Origin: a virus
Length of the DNA: 42,021 bases
Direction: 5' to 3' (one strand)
Virus genome (UHGV): UHGV-0390817
The notes beneath the pieces were generated by a model. The model searched no databases. It was not told where the DNA came from and worked only from the letters and a program-made list of their open reading frames with translations. A program made the position numbers and the translations under genes. Positions 7,921-16,819 of the stretch are shown here, piece after piece; positions within the stretch are counted from its first letter, which is position 1, and the number at the start of each line of letters is the position of its first letter.

Positions 7921-9269
7921 TGAGTGCGGAGAGATTGCTGCTGTCGGATAAGTACAAGGCGTTCCTGCGCTGTGACGCCCCGGTGGAGTTCCTGGAAGGT
8001 ACCACGGCTGCCGGCAAGACTACAGTAGGGTTGTTTAAATTTATGCTCAAGGTAGCCGAATCGCCCAAAAAGCTGCACATCCTGGCTGCGGATGATACAG
8101 GCGCCGCTGAAAAAAACATCATCCAGAAGGACCTGGGCATCCTGGATGACTTCGGCGTACTGGTGGAGTACAAGGGCAACGGCGGCGGTGGATATGACAT
8201 GCCTCACATCCTCTTCCACACATCCGGCGGCGATAAGATTATCTTTGTTGTCGGCTACGGCAACAAGCGCAAGTGGAAGGATGCACTGGGCGGCCAGTAC
8301 GGATGCTTGTACATTGATGAGATTAACACGGCAGACATTGAGTTTGTGCGTGAGGCCGCCATGAGAAGCGATTACCTGATGGCCACGCTCAACCCGGATG
8401 ACCCGGGCCTGGATGTGTATAAGGAGTATATCAACTGTTCCAGGCCACTGCCTGAGTGGGAAGATGAAACACCAAAAGAGATAATGGATGAATTACAGGA
8501 GGAACCAAAACCCGGCTGGGTGCATTGGTTCTTTTCTTTTGTCCATAACCTGGGCCTGAGTAAGGAGAAGCTGGACCAGATTATGACGAACACGCCCAAA
8601 GGAACGAAAATCTGGAAGAATAAGATTCAAGGCCTGCGTGGTAAGGCAACCGGCCTTATTTTCTCCAACTTTGAGCGGTCTAAGCATGTCATCACAGTCC
8701 AGCAGGCCAAGACACTGAAATTCAAGAAGTTCACAGCAGCCCTGGATACGTCCTATTCTAGCAAGTCCCCGGATACCATAGCCATGATATTTCAGGGGAT
8801 TACGGATGACCGGAAGCTTGTCACTCTGGCTGAGAAGGTCTATAACAACGCCAAACTGGATGTCCCGCTGGCCCCCAGTGATACAGCGGTTAAGTTTGTG
8901 TCTTTCCTGGAGCAGTGCCGCAAGGACTGGGGTTTTGCCAAGGATGTGTATATAGACAATGCGGACCAGGCAACCATCACGGAGCTGCGTAAGTATAAAC
9001 GGCTTAAAGGCTGTCTGTATAACTTCTGGGATGCATATAAACAGCTGGAAATCATTGACCGTATCAACCTGCAGCTGGGCTGGATACAACAGGGCTGTTA
9101 CCTGGTGGTGGATACCTGCGTGGAACATCTATCCGAACTGGATCGGTACAGCTGGGATGACGAGAAGGACAAGCCGGAGGACCGAAATGACCATACCATT
9201 AATGCCAATCAGTATGCATGGATACCATACCGGAACCTGATTGGATTTGAGGAGGCTGAGAAGAAATGA
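7920..9269 (+). CDS. terL: terminase large subunit (PBSX/XtmB-like ATPase plus nuclease)
   Basis: 449 aa. Walker A GTTAAGKTT is present. Its size and its position between the small terminase and the portal support the call. Confidence 0.9.
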   Translation: MSAERLLLSDKYKAFLRCDAPVEFLEGTTAAGKTTVGLFKFMLKVAESPKKLHILAADDTGAAEKNIIQKDLGILDDFGVLVEYKGNGGGGYDMPHILFHTSGGDKIIFVVGYGNKRKWKDALGGQYGCLYIDEINTADIEFVREAAMRSDYLMATLNPDDPGLDVYKEYINCSRPLPEWEDETPKEIMDELQEEPKPGWVHWFFSFVHNLGLSKEKLDQIMTNTPKGTKIWKNKIQGLRGKATGLIFSNFERSKHVITVQQAKTLKFKKFTAALDTSYSSKSPDTIAMIFQGITDDRKLVTLAEKVYNNAKLDVPLAPSDTAVKFVSFLEQCRKDWGFAKDVYIDNADQATITELRKYKRLKGCLYNFWDAYKQLEIIDRINLQLGWIQQGCYLVVDTCVEHLSELDRYSWDDEKDKPEDRNDHTINANQYAWIPYRNLIGFEEAEKK

Positions 9270-10888
9270 GGTGGCTGAACAACATGAATGAGACTATCAA
9301 GCGGGGCATCCGCAGCTGGCTGAACGTGGTGCCGGCCAGCGGGAACTGCATCCAGATTAACGAGGTCCTGGACTTCGAGGCCAATGCCATCCGAAATCGC
9401 ATCTGGTACCGTGGTGATGGTAACGAGCTGGAGCAGATGTATCAGCAGGCTCCAGAGTACGCTGACAAATACAAGTTCTGGGCCAGTAGGTGTACACCGG
9501 GTATGGAGATGCGCAAGATACATACCGGCCTGCCCGGGCTGATTATCCGTATCCTGTCGGCTATCGTCCTGAATGACATGAACGATTTTGATTTTGCAGG
9601 TAACGACCAGCAGCGGCAGCTGTGGGAGGACATTGCAAAGGATAATAAGTTCGCTCGTAAGCTGGAGAAGGCCTTGAAGGAGGTCCTGTACATCGGGGAC
9701 GGCGCCTTCAAGGTCACGGTTGACACGACCGTCAGTGAGTATCCAATCCTGGAGTGGTATCCAGGAGAGCGGGTTGAGATTGTCCGGAACCGGGACCGGG
9801 TGAAGGAAGTTGTTTTCAAGACCCCCTACAAATCCGGGTATCAGCAGTATGTCCTGTATGAGCACTATGGATATGGCTACATCAAGAATGAGCTATGCAA
9901 GGGTGACACGCCGGTGCCCCTTAATGCCATCGATGCCACAAAGGGAATAAAAGATACGATGTTTGATGATACAGTCATGCTGGCCGTACCCTTGCAAGTC
10001 TATGAATCCACCAAATACGAGGGACGCGGTGGCAGCATTTTTGATGGTAAGCTGGACAGTTTTGATGCCTTTGACGAGGCCTGGTCCCAGTGGATGGATG
10101 CGCTGCGTGCTGGTCGGGCCAAGACGTACATACCGGACTGCCTGGTGCCACACGACCCGGAGACAGGGAAGGTCATCCGGCCGAACCCATTTGACGACCG
10201 ATATTTTGCTTCTGATAATGATATGTCAGAGGATGCAGATAACAAGGTCAATGTGGTGCAGCCAACTATCCCCCACGATAGTTATCTGGCGTCCTATTGT
10301 ACAGCTTTGGACCTGTGCCTGCAGGGCGTTATCAGCCCATCCACTCTGGGGATTGATGTCAAGAAGCTGGACAACGCCGAAGCGCAGCGCGAAAAGGAAA
10401 AAGCTACCCTGTACACCCGGAATGCTATTGTGGAGGCTCTGCAGGAGACTCTTCCGGAGCTGGTCAGCGCGGCAATCAACGCCTGCAATATCCTTCATGG
10501 TAAGGGGGTGGAGGAGGTCAAAGTGGATATCCCCTTCGGTGAGTACGCAAACCCATCCTTTGAGAGCCAGGTGGAGACCCTGGCCAAGGCTCGGCCTGGT
10601 GCCCCCATGATGAGTATTGAGGCCCAGGTAGAGGAGCTGTATGGGGACACCAAGGACGAGAAGTGGAAGCAGGAGGAGACAGCACGGCTGAAAGAGGAGC
10701 AGGGGATTGCGAAAGTGGAAGAACCCGGAATCAATACGGCTGCTGGCAGTTTTCGACTTAACATGAAGGGAGGAAAGCCAGATGAAGGTCAAGGTAATGA
10801 ACCGTCTGTACCAGATGAGCCAGAAGGAGTACCAGGGGCTGCTGCAGGTGGCAAAGGAACAGGTGCCATTGGGAATCTACGCAATTGA
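9266..10888 (+). CDS. portal protein (SPP1 gp6-like)
   Basis: 540 aa directly after the large terminase. The C-terminal tail is rich in Gly, Pro and Glu and looks disordered. Confidence 0.8.
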   Translation: MRWLNNMNETIKRGIRSWLNVVPASGNCIQINEVLDFEANAIRNRIWYRGDGNELEQMYQQAPEYADKYKFWASRCTPGMEMRKIHTGLPGLIIRILSAIVLNDMNDFDFAGNDQQRQLWEDIAKDNKFARKLEKALKEVLYIGDGAFKVTVDTTVSEYPILEWYPGERVEIVRNRDRVKEVVFKTPYKSGYQQYVLYEHYGYGYIKNELCKGDTPVPLNAIDATKGIKDTMFDDTVMLAVPLQVYESTKYEGRGGSIFDGKLDSFDAFDEAWSQWMDALRAGRAKTYIPDCLVPHDPETGKVIRPNPFDDRYFASDNDMSEDADNKVNVVQPTIPHDSYLASYCTALDLCLQGVISPSTLGIDVKKLDNAEAQREKEKATLYTRNAIVEALQETLPELVSAAINACNILHGKGVEEVKVDIPFGEYANPSFESQVETLAKARPGAPMMSIEAQVEELYGDTKDEKWKQEETARLKEEQGIAKVEEPGINTAAGSFRLNMKGGKPDEGQGNEPSVPDEPEGVPGAAAGGKGTGAIGNLRN

Positions 10889-11060
10889 GAAACAGGGGTA
10901 TGCGGAGCTGCGCTGTGATAAGTGCAGCAGCGTGACCCAGCTTAAGGACCTGACCAGACAGTTCAAGGCGCAGGGATTCAGGGTACATGCCAACAAAGGT
11001 GGCCAACTGATGGAGGGTGGAGCTGATGGAGCGGAAGGGGCGCTGATGAGTGCGACATAA
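10782..11060 (+). CDS. hypothetical 92-aa protein whose 5' end overlaps the portal 3' end by 107 nt in another frame
   Basis: A strong RBS aagggagga precedes the ATG at 10782, and the composition is coding-like. The long overlap leaves its reality uncertain. Confidence 0.35.
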   Translation: MKVKVMNRLYQMSQKEYQGLLQVAKEQVPLGIYAIEKQGYAELRCDKCSSVTQLKDLTRQFKAQGFRVHANKGGQLMEGGADGAEGALMSAT

Positions 11061-12537
11061 TGAGTATGATATAGGTGCTGCCTTCCAGGCCATAGAGGAT
11101 GAGCTTATAAAGTCTATGATACGGAACATGGACCGCCATCGCGCCGAGGAGACTAAGGAGGGTATTGAGTGGTCCATGTGGCAAACGGAACAGTTGAAGG
11201 CCCTGGAGAAGTATAAGAAGGATAACCAAAAGCGATACCGAAAGCAATTCCAGGACCTTAACAAGGAAATGGGTGAACTGATACGGATATCCAGGCAAAG
11301 AGGCAACATGCAGCAGGAAATCCAGATTCTGAATGCAATCCGCAAAGGATTTCCGGCCAGGAAAATCAACAAGGGAGCCACTGCAGAGTTCTTCCGGCTG
11401 AATGACCGTAAGCTGGAAGCGCTTATCAAGGCCACTACCAATGACATGGAGCGGGCTGAGACCGCAGTTCTCCGCATGGCTAACGACCAGTATCGGAAGG
11501 CCATTTTTAATGCCCAGGTATATGCCAATTCAGGCGCCGGTACCTATGAAAAAGCCGTGGATATGGCCACCAGGGATATGCTCTCACGGGGCCTTAACTG
11601 TGTGGAGTATGCCAATGGTGCCCGCCATACCCTATCAGATTATGCCGACATGGCCATCCGGACGGCCAGCAAGCGGGCGTATCTGCAAGGAGAAGGAGAG
11701 AAGCGTCAAGAATGGGGGATTACTACCGTGATTGTCAACAAGCGCGGGAACCCGTGTCCGAAGTGCCTGCCATTTGTCGGTAAGGTCCTGATTGACGACG
11801 TTTGGTCCGGCGGAAAGAAATCCGATGGGCCGTATCCTCTCATGAGTAAGGCCATTGCAGCCGGCCTGTACCATCCCAGATGTAAGGACAGCCACGCAAC
11901 ATACCTTCCTGGGATTTCCACAGCAGATGATACTTGGACGAGGGAGGAACTGGATGCCGTTGAACGGGCAAATCAGAAGGAGACAAAGCGGCAGTATGCA
12001 GAGCGTCAGGCTGAAAAGTTCAGGCGGCTGGTAGCTTATTCGCTGGACAAGGAAAATCAGGAACGGTATATGGCAAAGAGAGAAGAATGGGGAACTATTG
12101 CAAAAGATACAGAACCTGATATAATAAAGCCAATAGACACAGAAGAGGAAATACAGGTGCATCCAGTCGGAAAGATAGACAAAGAGGTATATAAGTGTAT
12201 TACGGAAGACATAGTCACAGACGAAGTTATTATAACAGATGAGCGTATCGGACATATTAAAGAACGCCATCCCAATGATTACGAAAAATACTGTGAGTAT
12301 TTGAAACTAATTGTGGAGGAACCGGACTATATTGTTGAAACAAAGAAACCCAACACAGCGTTAATCCTAAAAGAAATAAAGGAATCTAACGAACGGCAGT
12401 TTAAAACTGTGCTTAGATTGACAACATCAACGGATAATCCAGGATTTAAGAATTCCATCATAACATTTATGAAAATAGATGAAAAGGAATGGAATAGATT
12501 GCTTAGAAATAAGCTAATCCTTTACAAAAAGGAATAA
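11050..12537 (+). CDS. MuF-family (SPP1 gp7-like) minor head / head morphogenesis protein with an extra AT-rich C-terminal domain of about 150 aa that looks toxin- or nuclease-like
   Basis: Its position after the portal is typical. The central region containing GNPCPKCLPFVGKVLIDD is MuF-like. The C-terminal tail from about 12060 has a compositional shift and the motif ITDERIGHIKERHP. The start is a GTG; an alternative ATG lies at 11116. Confidence 0.7.
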   Translation: MRHNEYDIGAAFQAIEDELIKSMIRNMDRHRAEETKEGIEWSMWQTEQLKALEKYKKDNQKRYRKQFQDLNKEMGELIRISRQRGNMQQEIQILNAIRKGFPARKINKGATAEFFRLNDRKLEALIKATTNDMERAETAVLRMANDQYRKAIFNAQVYANSGAGTYEKAVDMATRDMLSRGLNCVEYANGARHTLSDYADMAIRTASKRAYLQGEGEKRQEWGITTVIVNKRGNPCPKCLPFVGKVLIDDVWSGGKKSDGPYPLMSKAIAAGLYHPRCKDSHATYLPGISTADDTWTREELDAVERANQKETKRQYAERQAEKFRRLVAYSLDKENQERYMAKREEWGTIAKDTEPDIIKPIDTEEEIQVHPVGKIDKEVYKCITEDIVTDEVIITDERIGHIKERHPNDYEKYCEYLKLIVEEPDYIVETKKPNTALILKEIKESNERQFKTVLRLTTSTDNPGFKNSIITFMKIDEKEWNRLLRNKLILYKKE

Positions 12538-12697
12538 AAATGATACAATGTGAGTAACATAAAAGAGAAGTTATCTGAGGTGGAAGATTTCGTACCCGTC
12601 CACACGCCGATGGTTTGACAGGGGAAACCCGAGAGATGCAGGAGCATGGTACGCCTGCCAGATAACTTCTTGATTATGTGAATTTATAGAATTTTAA

Positions 12698-12729
12698 TAC
12701 CACCAGTCAGTAATGGCTGGTGGTATTTT
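12698..12729 (+). terminator. strong rho-independent terminator after the MuF gene
   Basis: A perfect 9-bp stem TACCACCAG/CTGGTGGTA with a 10-nt loop, followed by TTTTATTT. Confidence 0.7.
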
Positions 12730-12733
12730 ATTT

Positions 12734-12749
12734 GTTGCGATATCGCAAC
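12734..12749. promoter_or_regulatory. perfect 16-bp palindrome GTTGCGATATCGCAAC (copy 1), 8 nt upstream of the RBS of gene 12764
   Basis: The sequence is read directly. An identical copy occurs at 27154-27169. Confidence 0.6.
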
Positions 12750-12763
12750 GGAAAGGAGCATAA

Positions 12764-13105
12764 ATGAAGTACAGGAAAAAACCAGTGGTAATTGAGGCAT
12801 TCCAGTGGACGGGAGGGCCGGAGCAGGAGGATGACCCTGAGTGGATTATCGAGGCAGTCAGGAATGGGAGTGCCTGGTTTGAAAACGAGGGAACCCCAGA
12901 AGTGAAATTCATGATTCGGACACTGGAAGGGGTACACGAAGCCAGTATCGGGGATTACATTATCCGTGGTATAGCTGGGGAGATATATCCATGTAAGCCG
13001 GATATCTTTCTTGCAACTTACGAGCCGGCAGTGACGAAAGTTTCCATGAATGTTACGGCACATCTGGATGAAGATGAAATCAAACATGAAACGGACGGGT
13101 TATAA
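12764..13105 (+). CDS. small acidic hypothetical protein; candidate immunity partner of the MuF C-terminal domain
   Basis: The RBS aaaggagc precedes the ATG. The gene sits between the MuF and scaffold genes, where structural modules are normally contiguous. 113 aa, rich in Glu and Asp. Confidence 0.5.
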   Translation: MKYRKKPVVIEAFQWTGGPEQEDDPEWIIEAVRNGSAWFENEGTPEVKFMIRTLEGVHEASIGDYIIRGIAGEIYPCKPDIFLATYEPAVTKVSMNVTAHLDEDEIKHETDGL

Positions 13106-13253
13106 TTTGCGATAAGCACGCGGGATTATCCTGGGTGCTATTTTTACGCCCAAACACGAGCATGGCTTTAAACGGCTGCGTGGCCAGTGACACTGATGAC
13201 AATGGATGAAACGAAAATCACAGGGTGACACCCTTAAAATGGAGGTATGGATT

Positions 13254-13886
13254 ATGAAACGTATGAACTTACAGTTATTTGCTGAGCCCACGGGTGGAGC
13301 GGGAGGAACTGAGCCGCCAGCAGGAGGTCAGAACCAGCAGCAGACACAGACCCAAACGGGACAGCAGGCATCCCTTGCAATTGATTATGCCAAAATCCAG
13401 CAGATGCTGGAGGGAACCCTGGCAGCTAAGGAGGACACGGCCCTGAAAGCCTACTTCAAGCAGCAGGGGCTCAGCCAGGAAGAAGTAGAGCAGGCGATTG
13501 CTGCATTCAAGCAGCAGAAGGCGGCATCGCAACCAGATGTGGCTGCGTTACAGCAGCAGGCCACTCAAGCCCAGGCCCTCGCCCAACAGGCACAGATGCA
13601 GGCCGCGGCAACCATGGCCGCGGTATCCCTGGGAATTGACGCCAAGACAATCCCTTATGTCCTCAAGATGGCTGATTTAAGTCAGGTCATGGGACAGGAT
13701 GGGAAAATCAATGATGAGGCACTTAAGGCAGCCCTGAACAAGGTGCTGGAGGACGTGCCGGCACTGAAACCCCAGGCACCAGGAACCACCGGATTCATCC
13801 AGGTGGGCGTAGCCAGTGGGCAGCAACAGACAGCCAATGAACCAATGACGCTGAAAGACGCTATTTCAGCAGCACTTAAAAAATAA
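13254..13886 (+). CDS. head scaffolding protein
   Basis: The N-terminus MKRMNLQLFAE is the hallmark LQLFA motif of Firmicutes siphovirus scaffold proteins. The protein is rich in Gln and Ala with coiled-coil character and directly precedes the major capsid gene. Confidence 0.7.
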   Translation: MKRMNLQLFAEPTGGAGGTEPPAGGQNQQQTQTQTGQQASLAIDYAKIQQMLEGTLAAKEDTALKAYFKQQGLSQEEVEQAIAAFKQQKAASQPDVAALQQQATQAQALAQQAQMQAAATMAAVSLGIDAKTIPYVLKMADLSQVMGQDGKINDEALKAALNKVLEDVPALKPQAPGTTGFIQVGVASGQQQTANEPMTLKDAISAALKK

Positions 13887-13903
13887 GAAAAGAGGTATAG
13901 GAT

Positions 13904-14869
13904 ATGGCAGTAACATTAGCACAGGCAAAGCTTAAGACACAGGACAAATTGTCTATGGCGGTCATTGATGAATTCCGTAAGTCCAGTTTTTTAATGGATC
14001 ATATGATTTTTGATGACTGCGTATCTCCTGTAGGTAGTGGGGCAACCATGACTTATGGGTATTACCGCGTGATCACACCATCTACAGCCAGCTTCCGCGC
14101 AGTTAATGCGGAATATACGGCGGACGAGGCCAAGAAACAGAAGTACACCACAGATATTAAGATTTTTGGAGGCGCATTCGAGATTGACCGTGTGATTGCG
14201 GATATGGGAGGCGTGGATGATGAGGTGACCTTCCAGATGCAGCAGAAGATAAAGTCTGCATCCGCACTGTTTTCAGAGACACTAATTATTGGTGATTCCA
14301 GCAAGAATGAAAAGAGTTTTGACGGTTTGGATGTGGCTGTAACTGGAAGCTCCACAGAGTACAAGCCCAGCGCGGCAATTGACCTTTCCACTACAGCCAA
14401 GGTGACCGAAAATTATCAGCTGTTTCTGGACCAGTTGGACGAGTTCCTGATGGGCCTGGACGGCAAGCCGGATTTTATTGGCGGTAATCTGAAATTGATT
14501 GCGAAAATTCGGGCATGCGCTCGCAGAGCCGGTATGTACCAGGTAACAAAGAATGATTTCGGCCAGCAGATTGAAAGCTACGGAGATATCCCACTGGTAG
14601 ATTTCGGCGCAAAGAGCGGTTCCAACGATCCGATTGTATCCATCGATACGGCATCCGGCACAAAAGGAGAGACATCCCTGTATGCGGCAAGGATCGGGCT
14701 GGATGGATTCCACGCGGTTTCTCCTTCTGGAGGACTCCCTGTTAAGCAGTGGCTGCCGAAATTTGAGGAAGCCGGCGCGGTAAAGAAGGGTGAGGTAGAG
14801 ATGCTGGCAACAGCGGCTCTTAAGGCAACCAAAGCGGCCGGTATTATGCGCAAAATCAAGGTGCAGTAA
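13904..14869 (+). CDS. major capsid protein
   Basis: 321 aa immediately after the scaffold gene, with a strong RBS. The size is typical for an HK97-fold capsid protein. Confidence 0.7.
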   Translation: MAVTLAQAKLKTQDKLSMAVIDEFRKSSFLMDHMIFDDCVSPVGSGATMTYGYYRVITPSTASFRAVNAEYTADEAKKQKYTTDIKIFGGAFEIDRVIADMGGVDDEVTFQMQQKIKSASALFSETLIIGDSSKNEKSFDGLDVAVTGSSTEYKPSAAIDLSTTAKVTENYQLFLDQLDEFLMGLDGKPDFIGGNLKLIAKIRACARRAGMYQVTKNDFGQQIESYGDIPLVDFGAKSGSNDPIVSIDTASGTKGETSLYAARIGLDGFHAVSPSGGLPVKQWLPKFEEAGAVKKGEVEMLATAALKATKAAGIMRKIKVQ

Positions 14870-14880
14870 GGAGGAGCATT

Positions 14881-15285
14881 ATGCCAAACGAAATGAAATA
14901 TGGAAATGGGGATTGGCCTTCCGATTCCCCCATCAGCGGGGAGCGGCTGTCCACGTCCGGGGAATATACAGGACAACACAAAGGGACCGTCATTCAGGAT
15001 AGCCTTTATGACGCAGATAACGGGGCATATCTCAGAGCACGGGAGACAGTCCGGTATGGAACACTCACGCCAGATGCTGGGGATAGCAACTTCCCAGACA
15101 GACTTATTACTGTTGGATATACCGCCACGGGAGCAGTTAAGGAAATCTCCTTATCTGGAGTGACTTACAATACTAAAGACAAGGTATTTGAGAACGTCCC
15201 AAGCAAGACGGAATCATTTACATTTAAGGACGGGGAGACGCCTAAGACAGCAACTAATGTAGACGGTACATGGTCTGTTACATAG
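14881..15285 (+). CDS. hypothetical head protein, possibly a decoration protein
   Basis: Position in the head module only. Confidence 0.4.
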   Translation: MPNEMKYGNGDWPSDSPISGERLSTSGEYTGQHKGTVIQDSLYDADNGAYLRARETVRYGTLTPDAGDSNFPDRLITVGYTATGAVKEISLSGVTYNTKDKVFENVPSKTESFTFKDGETPKTATNVDGTWSVT

Positions 15286-15295
15286 GAGGTGCCTT

Positions 15296-15682
15296 ATGTC
15301 TTATGAACCCTATGTCACCTATGAGTACTACTGTGACGCATACAAGGGTAATGTAATCCCCATGGACGAGTTGGACAAGGCTCTTAAGCAGGCCAGCCGT
15401 CACATTGATTCCCTGACCTACAACCGCATTGTAGGTCGGGGATTTTCTAATCTGACGGCCTTTCAGCAGGAAACCATACAGGAAGTGGTCTGCCAGCAGG
15501 CGGACTTTGAGTATGAGAACACAGACGAGATAAACACCATCCTGCAGAGCTACAGCATCAATGGTGTGTCGGCACAGTTCGGCAGCAGCTGGAATGTATT
15601 TACAGACAAGGGTGTAGCCATGAAGCGCGATGTGTACGCCCTGCTGTCCCAGACGGGTCTGTGCTGCCGGTTAGCGAGGTGA
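15296..15682 (+). CDS. head-tail connector / adaptor (gp6 or gp15-like)
   Basis: 128 aa. Its position and size fit the Phage_connect_1 family. Confidence 0.5.
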   Translation: MSYEPYVTYEYYCDAYKGNVIPMDELDKALKQASRHIDSLTYNRIVGRGFSNLTAFQQETIQEVVCQQADFEYENTDEINTILQSYSINGVSAQFGSSWNVFTDKGVAMKRDVYALLSQTGLCCRLAR

Positions 15683-15686
15683 GGCT

Positions 15687-16025
15687 ATGAAATATCCATG
15701 CTTAGTACCAAAACGGCTATGTAAGACAGATATACATGTCCATCTGGAGTCGGAGGACACGGATAACCACGGTAAGCCGGAGAAGGTGCTGGACCTGAAA
15801 CTGAAGTGCAACTTCCAGGACAGGGCTAAGACCATTCTTACCGCGGAAAAGAAGCTGGTGCAGATAACCGGTGCAGCCCTGTTCCCCGGGGACATTGCCC
15901 CAGACTTCCCAACCTTAAGCGGAGGTACCGTAACTGTATTTGGAGAAGAGCGGAGGATTGAACAGGGGATGAAAGCCAGGAACCCGGATGGGACAGTGAA
16001 CTATTGCCAACTGGAGGTGGTTTGA
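15687..16025 (+). CDS. head closure / head-tail joining protein
   Basis: Position and size only. Confidence 0.45.
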   Translation: MKYPCLVPKRLCKTDIHVHLESEDTDNHGKPEKVLDLKLKCNFQDRAKTILTAEKKLVQITGAALFPGDIAPDFPTLSGGTVTVFGEERRIEQGMKARNPDGTVNYCQLEVV

Positions 16026-16405
16026 TGCAGGTTAAATCAACTGTAAAGATGAACTTCCCGCGGATTAAGCAGCTGACACAGGCAGCAGTGACCGCCCTGG
16101 AAATGACAGCGGAAGCCCTGCACACAGAGGTGGTGCAGGCGCAGGTGATGCCATTTGATACTGGACGCCTAGAGGAGGACAGTTTCTTTGCGGATTACAG
16201 CCATTCCAGACAGGAGAAGGCAACTCTGGTAGTAAGTACACCTTATGCGCGCCGCCTCTATTACCATCCAGAGTATGACTTCCAGACGGACGAGAACCCG
16301 TTTGCCGGCGGAGAATGGTACGAACCGTGGCTACCTGGTGGAGTAAGCCAGGATTTTGCCAGGAACGCATTTAAGCGGTTTTACAAGAAAGTAGGTGGTG
16401 TATGA
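16004..16405 (+). CDS. HK97 gp10-like tail component
   Basis: 133 aa. Position and N-terminal character support the call. Confidence 0.45.
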   Translation: MPTGGGLMQVKSTVKMNFPRIKQLTQAAVTALEMTAEALHTEVVQAQVMPFDTGRLEEDSFFADYSHSRQEKATLVVSTPYARRLYYHPEYDFQTDENPFAGGEWYEPWLPGGVSQDFARNAFKRFYKKVGGV

Positions 16406-16809
16406 TGCTGACCTTGGATGACATCCGGGGATACATAGGAGGCCTTGGGATTGCAGCTGACAGCAATGTCTATATCGGGAAACTGAACAGTAAGAAAGAC
16501 CATTCCATAGGCGTGTATCACCGGCAGGGCAGTGGTCCTCCCGTGATGGCCCTGGGTGGCCATGATTACAGCAGCTATGATGTCCGGCGTATATCACTGC
16601 TGGTCCATTGGGACAAGGATGTGCAGGCATCAGAGCGGTCCGCCTATGAGTTATATGAGAAACTTAAAAACGTATCCAGCCTATCCATAGGGGATACGCC
16701 CATCAACTGCATCATCCTTCAGGTCCCGGAACCGGTGGACGTGGGGACGGATGATAAGGGTGTCTACGAATATGTGATATGGCTGGATTTTGTATATCAG
16801 AGAAAGTGA
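16402..16809 (+). CDS. tail completion or tail terminator protein
   Basis: Position before the major tail gene. Confidence 0.4.
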   Translation: MMLTLDDIRGYIGGLGIAADSNVYIGKLNSKKDHSIGVYHRQGSGPPVMALGGHDYSSYDVRRISLLVHWDKDVQASERSAYELYEKLKNVSSLSIGDTPINCIILQVPEPVDVGTDDKGVYEYVIWLDFVYQRK

Positions 16810-16819
16810 GGTATAAGAG

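Noticed and set aside
8493-9128. Long minus-strand ORFs antisense to the terL, portal, MuF and tape measure genes (8493..9128, 9209..9865, 10226..10792, 10758..11528, 19754..20731 and similar)
   Set aside because: They lie entirely inside well-supported plus-strand genes, lack RBSs, and have low-complexity, Cys/Pro-rich translations. They are typical shadows of GC-rich coding sequence.
12590-12680. Long-range complementarity (CGTACC ... GGTACG) between the MuF stop codon and the terminator, considered as a possible structured RNA
   Set aside because: Only 6 bp with a loop of about 50 nt. This is not distinguishable from chance without covariation data.
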